From Eledone cirrhosa (Eukaryota), in NCBI GenBank assembly GCA_964016885.1, contig OZ024744.1:30318001-30382000 (forward strand): a DNA stretch of 64,000 bases, given 5' to 3'. The translations under genes and the position numbers were made by a program. Of the stretch, positions 52,801 to 64,000 are shown one piece after another (within the stretch, counting starts at the first letter, position 1; every line of letters starts with the position of its first letter). The notes below the pieces were generated by a model, which did no database searches, had not been told where the DNA came from, and was given only the letters and a program-made list of their open reading frames with translations.

Positions 52801-55800
52801 GGGTTGGTTCCTCAGTGTTTGGACATGGTGTATATGAGAGGTAGGGAGAGGGTGGGAGAGACGGAGGCAGTGACAGTGGGAGGTTGGTTCCTCTGTGTTT
52901 GGACCTGGTGTATATGAGAGATAGGGAGAGAGTGGGAGAGACGGAGGCAGTGACAGTGGGAGGTTGGTTCCTCTGTGTTTAGACCTGGTGTATATGAGAG
53001 ATAGGGAGAGAGTGAAGAGAGTGAGGGAGACGGAGGCAGTGACAGTGGGAGGTTGGTTCCTCTGTGTTTAGACCTGGTGTATATGAGAAATAGGGAGAGT
53101 GGCAGAGATGGAGCAGTGACAGTGGGAGATTGGTTCCTCTGTGTTTAGACCTGGTGTATATGAGAGATAGGGAGAGCGTGAGAGAGACGGAGGCAGTGAC
53201 AGTGGGAGGTTGGTTCCTCTGTGTTTGGACCTGGTGTATATGAGAGAGTGGGAGAGAGTGAGAGAGACGGAGGCAGTGACAGTGGGAGGTTGGTTCCTCT
53301 GTGTTTGGACCTGGTGTATATGAGAGATAGGGAGAGAGTGAGAGAGACGAAGGTAGTGATAGTGGGAGGTTGGTTCCTCTGTTAGGACCTGGTGTATATG
53401 AGAGATAGGGAGAGAGTGGGAGAGACGGAGGCAGTGACAGTGGGAGGTTGGTTCCACTGTGTTTGGACCTGGTGTATATGAGAGATAGGGAGAGAGTGGG
53501 AGAGACGGAGGCAGTGACAGTGGGAGGTTGGTTCCACTGTGTTTGGACCTGGTGTATATGAGAGATAGGGAGAGAGTGGGAGAGACGGAGGCAGTGACAG
53601 TGGGAGGTTGGTTCCTCTGTGTTTGGACCTGGTGTATATGAGAGATAAGGAGAGTGGGAGGGAGACGGAGGCAGTGACAGTGGGAGGTTGGTTCCACTGT
53701 GTTTAGACCTGGTGTATATGAGAGAGAGGGAGAGAGTGGGAGAGACTGAGCCAGTGACAGTGGGAGGTTGGTTCCTCTGTGTTTAGACCTGGTGTATATG
53801 AGAGATAGGGAGAGTGGGAGAGACGGAGGCAGTGACAGTGGGAGGTTGGTTCCACTGTGTTTGGACCTGGTGTGTATGAGAGATAGGGAGAGAGTGGGAG
53901 AGACGGAGGCGGTGACAGTGGGAGGTTGGTTCCTCTGTGTTTAGACCTGGTGTATATGAGAGATAGGGAGAGAGTAGAAGGTTGGTTCCTCTGTGTTTAG
54001 ACCTGGTGTATATGAGAGATAGGGAGAGAGTGGGGGAGACGGAGGCAGTGACAGTGTGAGCTTGGTTCCTCTGTGTTTAGACCTGGTGTATATGAGAGAT
54101 AGGGAGAGAGTGGTAGAGACGGAGGCAGTGACAGTGGGAGGTTGGTTCCTCTGTGTTTAGACCTGGTGTATATGAGAGATAGGGAGAGAGTGAGAGACGT
54201 AGGCAGTGACAGTGGGAGGTTGGTTCCTCTGTGTTTAGACCTGGTGTATATGAGAGATAGGGAGAGAGTGGGAGAGACGGAGGCAGTGACAGTGGGAGGT
54301 TGGTTCCTCTGTGTTTGGACCTGGTGTATATGAGAGATAGGGAGAGAGTGAGAGAGACGGAGGCAGTGACAGTGGGAGGTTGGTTCCTCTGTGTTTGGAC
54401 CTGGTGCATATGAGAGAGTGGGAGAGACGGAGGCAGTGACAGTGGGAGGTTGGTTCCTCTATGTTTGGACCTGGTGTATATGAGAGATAGGGAGAGTGGG
54501 AGAGATGTGGTCAGTGACAGTGGGAGGTTGGTTCCTCTGTGTTTAGACCTGGTGTATATGAGACATAAGGAGAGAGTGGGAGAGAGACGGAGGCAGTGAC
54601 AGTGGGAGGTTGGTTCCTCTGTGTTTAGACCTGGTGTATATGAGAGATAGGGGGAGAGTGGGAGAGACGGAGGCAGTGACAGTGGGAGGTTGGTTCCTCT
54701 GTGTTTGGACCTGGTGTATATGAGAGATAAGGAGAGAGTGGGAGAGAGACGGAGGCAGTGACAGTGGGAGGTTGGTTCCTCTGTATTTAGACCTGGTGTA
54801 TATGAGAGATAGGGGGAGAGTGGGAGAGACGGAGGCAGTGACAGTGAGAGGTTGGTTCCTCTGTGTTTGAACCTGGTGTATATGAGAGATAGGGAGAGAG
54901 TGGGAGAGATGGAGGCAGTGACAGTGGGAGGTTGGTTCCTCTGTGTTTGGACCTGGTGTATATGAGAGATAGGGAGAGAGTGGGAGAGACGTAGGCAGTG
55001 ACAGTGGGAGGTTGGTTCCTCTGTGTTTGGACCTGGTGTATATGAGAGATAGGGAGAGAGTGGGAGAGACGGAGCGGTGACAGTGGGAGGTTGGTTCCTC
55101 TGTGTTTAGACCTGGTGTATATGAGAGATAGGGAGAGAGTGGGAGAGACGGAGGCAGTGACAGTGGGAGGTTGGTTCCTCTGTGTTTGGAACTGGTGTAT
55201 ATGAGAGATAAGGAGAGTGGGAGAGAGACGGAGGCAGTGACAGTGGGAGGTTGGTTCCACTGTGTTTAGACCTGGTGTATATGAGAGAGAGGGAGAGAGT
55301 GGCAGAGACTGAGGCAGTGACAGTGGGAGGTTGGTTCCTCTGTGTTTAGACCTGGTGTATATGAGAGATAGGGAGAGTGGGAGAGACGGAGGCAGTGACA
55401 GTGGGAGGTTGGTTCCACTGTGTTTGGACCTGGTGTATATGAGAGATAGGGAGAGAGTGGGAGAGACGGAGGCGGTGACAGTGGGAGGTTGGTTCCTCTG
55501 TGTTTAGACCTGGTGTATATGATAGATAGGGAGAGAGTTGAAGGCTGGTTCCTCTGTGTTTAGACCTGGTGTATATGAGAGATACGGAGAGAGTGGGAGA
55601 GACGGAGGCAGTGACAGTGGGAGGTTGGTTCCTCTGTGTTTAGACCTGGTGTATATGAGAGATAGGGAGATTGTGGGAGAGACGGAGGCAGTGACAGTGG
55701 GAGGTTGGTTCCTCTGTGTTTAGACCAGGTGTATATGAGAGATAGGGAGAGAGTGAGAGACGTAGGCAGTGACAGTGGGAGGTTGGTTCCTCTGTGTTTA

Positions 55801-58800
55801 GACCTGGTGCATATGAGAGATAGGGAGAGAGTGGGAGAGACTGAGGCAGTGACAGTGGGAGGTTGGTTCCTCTGTGTTTGGACCTGGTGTATATGAGAGA
55901 TAGGGAGAGTGGGAGAGATGTGGTCAGTGACAGTGGGAGGTTGGTTCCTCTGTGTTTAGACCTGGTGTATATGAGAGATAAGGAGAGAGTGGGAGAGAGA
56001 CGGAGGCAGTGACAGTGGGAGGTTGGTTCCTCTGTGTTTAGACCTGGTGTATATGAGAGATAGGGGGAGAGTGGGAGAGACGGAGGCAGTGACAGTGGGA
56101 GGTTGGTTCCTCTGTGTTTGGACCTGGTGTATATGAGAGATAAGGAGAGAGTGGGAGAGAGACGGAGGCAGTGACAGTGGGAGGTTGGTTCCTCTGTGTT
56201 TGGACCTGGTGTATATGAGAGATAGGGAGAGAGTGGGAGAGACGGAGGCAGTGACAGTGGGAGGTTGGTTCCTCTGTGTTTAGACCTGGTGTATATGAGA
56301 GAGAGGGAGAGAGTGGGAGAGACGGAGGCAGTGAAAGTGGGAGGTTGGTTCCTCTGTTTTTGGACCTGGTGTATATGAGAGATAGGGAGAGTGGGAGAGA
56401 TGGAGGCAGTGACAGTGGGAGGTTGGTTCCTCAGTGTTTGGACATGGTGTATATGAGAGGTAGGGAGAGGGTGGGAGAGACGGAGGCAGTGACAGTGGGA
56501 GGTTGGTTCCTCTGTGTTTGGACCTGGTGTATATGAGAGATAGGGAGAGAGTGGGAGAGACGGAGGCAGTGACAGTGGGAGGTTGGTTCCTCTGTGTTTA
56601 GACCTGGTGTATATGAGAGATAGGGAGAGAGTGAAGAGAGTGAGAGAGACGGAGGCAGTGACAGTGGGAGGTTGGTACCTCTGTGTTTAGACCTGGTGTA
56701 TATGAGAGATAGGGAGAGAGTGGGAGGTTGGTTCCTCTGTGTTTAGACCTGGTGTATATGAGAGATAGGGAGAGAGTGGGAGAGACGGAGGCAGTGACAG
56801 TGGGAGGTTGGTTCCTCTGTGTTTAGACCTGGTGTATATGAGAGATAGAGAGAGAGTGGGAGAGACGGAGGCAGTGACAGTGGGGGGTTGGTTCCTCAGT
56901 GTTTGGACATGGTGTATATGAGAGGTAGGGAGAGGGTGGGAGAGACGGAGGCAGTGACAGTGGGAGGTTGGTTCCTCTGTGTTTGGACCTGGTGTATATG
57001 AGAGATAGGGAGAGAGTGGGAGAGACGGAGGCAGTGACAGTGGGAGGTTGGTTCCTCTGTGTTTAGACCTGGTGTATATGAGAGATAGGGAGAGAGTGAA
57101 GAGAGTGAGAGAGACGGAGGCAGTGACAGTGGGAGGTTGGTTCCTCTGTGTTTAGACCTGGTGTATATGAGAGATAGGGAGAGTGGCAGAGATGGAGGCA
57201 GTGACAGTGGGAGGTTGGTTCCTCTGTGTTTGGACATGGTGTATATGAGAGATAGGGAGAGAGTGGGAGAGATGGAGACAGTGGGAGGTGGGTTCCTCTG
57301 TGTTTGGACCTGGTGTATATTAGCGATAGGGAGAGAGTGAGAGAGACGGAGGCAATGACAGTGGGAGGTTGGTTCCTCTGTGTTTAGACCTGCTGTATAT
57401 TAGAGATAGGGAGAGAGTGAGAGAGACGGAGGCAATGACAGTGGGAGGTTGGTTCCTCTGTGTTTAGACCTGGTGTATATGAGAAATAGGGAGAGTGGCA
57501 GAGATGGAGGCAGTGACAGTGGGAGATTGGTTCCTCTGTGTTTAGACCTGGTGTATATGAGAGACAGGGAGAGCGTGAGAGAGACGGAGGCAGTGACAGT
57601 GGGAGGTTGGTTCCTCTGTGTTTGGACCTGGTGTATATGAGAGAGTGGGAGAGAGTGAGAGAGACGGAGGCAGTGACAGTGGGAGGTTGGTTCCTCTGTG
57701 TTTGGACCTGGTGTATATGAGAGATAGGGAGAGAGTGAGAGAGACGGAGGTAGTGATAGTGGGAGGTTGGTTCCTCTGTTAGGACCTGGTGTATATGAGA
57801 GATAGGGAGAGAGTGGGAGAGACGGAGGCAGTGACAGTGGGAGGTTGGTTCCTCTGTGTTTGAACCTGGTGTATATGAGAGATAGGGAGAGAGTGGGAGA
57901 GATGGAGGCAGTGACAGTGGGAGGTTGGTTCCTCTGTGTTTGGACCTGGTGTATATGAGAGATAGGGAGAGAGTGGGAGAGACGGAGGCAGTGACAGTGG
58001 GAGGTTGGTTCCTCTGTGTTTAGACCTGGTGTATATGAGAGATAGGGAGAGAGTGGGAGAGACGGAGGCAGTGACAATGGGAGGTTGGTTCCTCTGTGTT
58101 TGGACCTGGTGTATATGAGAGAGTGGGAGAGAGTGAGAGAGACGGAGGCAGTGACAGTGGGAGGTTGGTTCCTCTGTTAGGACCTGGTGTATATGAGAGA
58201 TAGGGAGAGAGTGGGAGAGACGTAGGCAGTGACAGTGGGAGGTTGGTTCCTCTGTGTTTGGACCTGGTGTATATGAGAGATAGGGAGAGAGTGGGAGAGA
58301 CGGAGTCGGTGACAGTGGGAGGTTGGTTCCTCTGTGTTTAGACCTGGTGTATATGAGAGAGAGGGAGAGAGTGAGAGAGACGGAGGCAGTGACAGTGGGA
58401 GGTTGGTTCCACTGTGTTTGGACCTGGTGTATATGAGAGATAGGGAGAGAGTGGGAGAGACGGAGGCAGTGACAGTGGGAGGTTGGTTCCTCTGTGTTTG
58501 GAACTGGTGTATATGAGAGATAAGGAGAGTGGGAGAGAGACGGAGGCAGTGACAGTGGGAGGTTGGTTCCACTGTGTTTAGACCTGGTGTATATGAGAGA
58601 GAGGGAGAGAGTGGGAGAGACTGAGGCAGTGACAGTGGGAGGTTGGTTCCTCTGTGTTTAGACCTGGTGTATATGAGAGATAGGGAGAGTGGGAGAGACG
58701 GAGGCAGTGACAGTGGGAGGTTGGTTCCACTGTGTTTGGACCTGGTGTATATGAGAGATAGGGAGAGAGTGGGAGAGACGGAGGCGGTGACAGTGGGAGG

Positions 58801-61800
58801 TTGGTTCCTCTGTGTTTAGACCTGGTGTATATGATAGATAGGGAGAGAGTTGAAGGTTGGTTCCTCTGTGTTTAGACCTGGTGTATATGAGAGATACGGA
58901 GAGAGTGGGAGAGACGGAGGCAGTGACAGTGGGAGGTTGGTTCCTCTGTGTTTAGACCAGGTGTATATGAGAGATAGGGAGAGAGTGAGAGACGTAGGCA
59001 GTGACAGTGGGAGGTTGGTTCCTCTGTGTTTAGACCTGGTGCATATGAGAGATAGGGAGAGAGTGGGAGAGACGGAGGCAGTGACAGTGGGAGGTTGGTT
59101 CCTCTGTGTTTGGACCTGGTGTATATGAGAGATAGGGAGAGAGTGAGAGAGACGGAGGCAGTGACAGTGTGAGGTTGGTTCCTCTGTGTTTGGACCTGGT
59201 GTATATGAGAGAGTGGGAGAGACGGAGGCAGTGACAGTGGGAGGTTGGTTCCTCTGTGTTTGGACCTGGTGTATATGAGAGATAGGGAGAGTGGGAGAGA
59301 TGTGGTCAGTGACAGTGGGAGGTTGGTTCCTCTGTGTTTAGACCTGGTGTATATGAGAGATAAGGAGAGAGTGGGAGAGAGACGGAGGCAGTGACAGTGG
59401 GAGGTTGGTTCCTCTGTGTTTAGACCTGGTGTATATGAGAGATAGGGGGAGAGTGGGAGAGACGGAGGCAGTGACAGTGGGAGGTTGGTTCCTCTGTGTT
59501 TGGACCTGGTGTATATGAGAGATAAGGAGAGAGTGGGAGAGAGACGGAGGCAGTGACAGTGGGAGGTTGGTTCCTCTGTGTTTAGACCTGGTGTATATGA
59601 GAGATAGGGGGAGAGTGGGAGAGACGGAGGCAGTGACAGTGGGAGGTTGGTTCCTCTGTGTTTGAACCTGGTGTATATGAGAGATAGGGAGAGAGTGGGA
59701 GAGATGGAGGCAGTGACAGTGGGAGGTTGGTTCCACTGTGTTTGGACCTGGTGTATATGAGAGATAGGGAGAGAGTGAGAGAGACGGAGGCAGTGACAGT
59801 GGGAGGTTGGTTCCACTGTGTTTGGACCTGGTGTATATGAGAGATAGGGAGAGAGTGAGAGAGACGGAGGCAGTGACAGTGGGAGGTTGGTTCCTCTGTG
59901 TTTAGACCTGGTGTATATGAGAGAGAGGGAGAGAGTGGGAGAGACGGAGGCAGTGAAAGTGGGAGGTTGGTTCCTCTGTGTTTGGACCTGGTGTATATGA
60001 GAGATAGGGAGAGTGGGAGAGATGGAGGCAGTGACAGTGGGAGGTTGGTTCCTCAGTGTTTGGACATGGTGTATATGAGAGGTAGGGAGAGGGTGGGAGA
60101 GACGGAGGCAGTGACAATGGGAGGTTGGTTCCTCTGTGTTTGGACCTGGTGTATATGAGAGATAGGGAGAGAGTGGGAGAGACGGAGGCAGTGACAGTGG
60201 GAGGTTGGTTCCTCTGTGTTTAGACCTGGTGTATATGAGAGATAGGGAGAGAGTGAAGAGAGTGAGAGAGACGGAGGCAGTGACAGTGGGAGGTTGGTTC
60301 CTCTGTGTTTAGACCTGGTGTATATGAGAGATAGGGAGAGAGTGGGAGGTTGGTTCCTCTGTGTTTAGACCTGGTGTATATGAGAGATAGGGAGAGAGTG
60401 GGAGAGACGGAGGCAGTGACAGTGGGAGGTTGGTTCCTCTGTGTTTAGACCTGGTGTATATGAGAGATAGAGAGAGAGTGGGAGAGACGGAGGCAGTGAC
60501 AGTGGGGGGTTGGTTCCTCAGTGTTTGGACATGGTGTATATGAGAGGTAGGGAGAGGGTGGGAGAGACGGAGGCAGTGACAGTGGGAGGTTGGTTCCTCT
60601 GTGTTTGGACATGGTGTATATGAGAGATAGGAAGAGAGTAGGAGAGACGGAGGCAGTGACAGTGGGAGGTTGGTTCCTCTGTGTTTAGACCTGGTGTATA
60701 TGAGAGATAGGGAGAGAGTGAAGAGAGTGAGAGAGACGGAGGCAGTGACAGTGGGAGGTTGGTTCCTCTGTGTTTAGACCTGGTGTATATGAGAGATAGG
60801 GAGAGTGGCAGAGATGGAGGCAGTGACAGTGGGAGGTTGGTTCCTCTGTGTTTGGACATGGTGTATATGAGAGATAGGGAGAGAGTGGGAGAGATGGAGA
60901 CAGTGGGAGGTGGGTTCCTCTGTGTTTGGACCTGGTGTATATTAGCGATAGGGAGAGAGTGAGAGAGACGGAGGCAATGACAGTGGGAGGTTGGTTCCTC
61001 TGTGTTTAGACCTGCTGTATATTAGAGATAGGGAGAGAGTGAGAGAGACGGAGGCAATGACAGTGGGAGGTTGGTTCCTCTGTGTTTAGACCTGGTGTAT
61101 ATGAGAAATAGGGAGAGTGGCAGAGATGGAGGCAGTGACAGTGGGAGATTGGTTCCTCTGTGTTTAGACCTGGTGTATATGAGAGATAGGGAGAGCGTGA
61201 GAGAGACGGAGGCAGTGACAGTGGGAGGTTGGTTCCTCTGTGTTTGGACCTGGTGTATATGAGAGAGTGGGAGAGAGTGAGAGAGACGGAGGCAGTGACA
61301 GTGGGAGGTTGGTTCCTCTGTGTTTGGACCTGGTGTATATGAGAGATAGGGAGAGAGTGAGAGAGACGGAGGTAGTGATAGTGGGAGGTTGGTTCCTCTG
61401 TTAGGACCTGGTGTATATGAGAGATAGGGAGAGAGTGGGAGAGACGGAGGCAGTGACAGTGGGAGGTTGGTTCCTCTGTGTTTGAACCTGGTGTATATGA
61501 GAGATAGGGAGAGAGTGGGAGAGATGGAGGCAGTGACAGTGGGAGGTTGGTTCCTCTGTGTTTGGACCTGGTGTATATGAGAGATAGGGAGAGAGTGGGA
61601 GAGACGGAGGCAGTGACAGTGGGAGGTTGGTTCCTCTGTGTTTAGACCTGGTGTATATGAGAGATAGGGAGAGAGTGGGAGAGACGGAGGCAGTGACAAT
61701 GGGAGGTTGGTTCCTCTGTGTTTGGACCTGGTGTATATGAGAGAGTGGGAGAGAGTGAGAGAGACGGAGGCAGTGACAGTGGGAGGTTGGTTCCTCTGTT

Positions 61801-64000
61801 AGGACCTGGTGTATATGAGAGATAGGGAGAGAGTGGGAGAGACGTAGGCAGTGACAGTGGGAGGTTGGTTCCTCTGTGTTTGGACCTGGTGTATATGAGA
61901 GATAGGGAGAGAGTGGGAGAGACGGAGTCGGTGACAGTGGGAGGTTGGTTCCTCTGTGTTTAGACCTGGTGTATATGAGAGAGAGGGAGAGAGTGAGAGA
62001 GACGGAGGCAGTGACAGTGGGAGGTTGGTTCCACTGTGTTTGGACCTGGTGTATATGAGAGATAGGGAGAGAGTGGGAGAGACGGAGGCAGTGACAGTGG
62101 GAGGTTGGTTCCTCTGTGTTTGGAACTGGTGTATATGAGAGATAAGGAGAGTGGGAGAGAGACGGAGGCAGTGACAGTGGGAGGTTGGTTCCACTGTGTT
62201 TAGACCTGGTGTATATGAGAGAGAGGGAGAGAGTGGGAGAGACTGAGGCAGTGACAGTGGGAGGTTGGTTCCTCTGTGTTTAGACCTGGTGTATATGAGA
62301 GATAGGGAGAGTGGGAGAGACGGAGGCAGTGACAGTGGGAGGTTGGTTCCACTGTGTTTGGACCTGGTGTATATGAGAGATAGGGAGAGAGTGGGAGAGA
62401 CGGAGGCGGTGACAGTGGGAGGTTGGTTCCTCTGTGTTTAGACCTGGTGTATATGATAGATAGGGAGAGAGTTGAAGGTTGGTTCCTCTGTGTTTAGACC
62501 TGGTGTATATGAGAGATACGGAGAGAGTGGGAGAGACGGAGGCAGTGACAGTGGGAGGTTGGTTCCTCTGTGTTTAGACCAGGTGTATATGAGAGATAGG
62601 GAGAGAGTGAGAGACGTAGGCAGTGACAGTGGGAGGTTGGTTCCTCTGTGTTTAGACCTGGTGCATATGAGAGATAGGGAGAGAGTGGGAGAGACGGAGG
62701 CAGTGACAGTGGGAGGTTGGTTCCTCTGTGTTTGGACCTGGTGTATATGAGAGATAGGGAGAGAGTGAGAGAGACGGAGGCAGTGACAGTGTGAGGTTGG
62801 TTCCTCTGTGTTTGGACCTGGTGTATATGAGAGAGTGGGAGAGACGGAGGCAGTGACAGTGGGAGGTTGGTTCCTCTGTGTTTGGACCTGGTGTATATGA
62901 GAGATAGGGAGAGTGGGAGAGATGTGGTCAGTGACAGTGGGAGGTTGGTTCCTCTGTGTTTAGACCTGGTGTATATGAGAGATAAAGAGAGAGTGGGAGA
63001 GAGACGGAGGCAGTGACAGTGGGAGGTTGGTTCCTCTGTGTTTAGACCTGGTGTATATGAGAGATAGGGGGAGAGTGGGAGAGACGGAGGCAGTGACAGT
63101 GGGAGGTTGGTTCCTCTGTGTTTGGACCTGGTGTATATGAGAGATAAGGAGAGAGTGGGAGAGAGACGGAGGCAGTGACAGTGGGAGGTTGGTTCCTCTG
63201 TGTTTAGACCTGGTGTATATGAGAGATAGGGGGAGAGTGGGAGAGACGGAGGCAGTGACAGTGGGAGGTTGGTTCCTCTGTGTTTGAACCTGGTGTATAT
63301 GAGAGATAGGGAGAGAGTGGGAGAGATGGAGGCAGTGACAGTGGGAGGTTGGTTCCTCTGTGTTTGGACCTGGTGTATATGAGAGATAGGGAGAGAGTGG
63401 GAGAGACGGAGGCAGTGACAGTGGGAGGTTGGTTCCTCTGTGTTTAGACCTGGTGTATATGAGAGAGAGGGAGAGAGTGGGAGAGACGGAGGCAGTGAAA
63501 GTGGGAGGTTGGTTCCTCTGTGTTTGGACCTGGTGTATATGAGAGATAGGGAGAGTGGGAGAGATGGAGGCAGTGACAGTGGGAGGTTGGTTCCTCAGTG
63601 TTTGGACATGGTGTATATGAGAGGTAGGGAGAGGGTGGGAGAGACGGAGGCAGTGACAGTGGGAGGTTGGTTCCTCTGTGTTTGGACCTGGTGTATATGA
63701 GAGATAGGGAGAGAGTGGGAGAGACGGAGGCAGTGACAGTGGGAGGTTGGTTCCTCTGTGTTTAGACCTGGTGTATATGAGAGATAGGGAGAGAGTGAAG
63801 AGAGTGAGAGAGACGGAGGCAGTGACAGTGGGAGGTTGGTTCCTCTGTGTTTAGACCTGGTGTATATGAGAGATAGGGAGAGAGTGGGAGAGACGGAGGC
63901 AGTGACAGTGGGAGGTTGGTTCCTCTGTGTTTAGACCTGGTGTATATGAGAGATAGAGAGAGAGTGGGAGAGACGGAGGCAGTGACAGTGGGGGGTTGGT
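19900..64000. repeat. 80-bp satellite DNA array, >44 kb, about 550-570 monomers (estimate), running off the window
   Basis: Consensus tgagagatagggagagagtgggagagacggaggcagtgacagtgggaggttggttcctctgtgtttRgacctggtgtata, head-to-tail, single orientation, no foreign insertion seen. Confidence 0.99.

Noticed and set aside
19900-64000. Dozens of ORFs up to 376 aa (SKHRGTNLPLSLPP.., EEPTSHCHCLRL.., VPLCLDLVYMRD..)
   Set aside because: These are translations of the 80-bp satellite. The C/T-rich minus strand is nearly stop-free by composition, frames shift freely with indels, and there is no unique sequence.
19900-64000. Telomeric repeat or CRISPR array
   Set aside because: Only ATAGGG once per monomer, no (TTAGGG)n tract, and no variable spacers.

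Overview
Gene-free, repeat-derived eukaryotic DNA. An animal is likely, and the SINE sequences and very dense TA/CA/TACA microsatellites suggest an octopus or other cephalopod (inference). Bases 1-19.9 kb are a nested transposon graveyard. It holds two hAT (Buster/Charlie-SPIN-type) transposases, one still an open 569-aa ORF. It also holds three R4/Dong-clade and one CRE-like RLE retrotransposon fragments, a decayed RTE LINE, a tandem array of short RTE-derived units, tRNA-type SINEs, MITEs, non-autonomous Helitron-like elements, a 60/61-bp dimeric minisatellite and two long near-perfect palindromes. Bases 19.9-64 kb are one uninterrupted array of a G-rich 80-bp satellite with kb-scale higher-order duplications. 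The many ORFs called in that array and in the microsatellites are artefacts. The most notable signals are RNA-level: a complete type I hammerhead ribozyme motif present in both orientations inside a 358-bp Penelope-like palindrome, HDV-like ribozyme relics at the heads of the RTE-derived units, and an R4/Dong family that appears to target (TACA)n. All family assignments come from motif recognition, not database searches.
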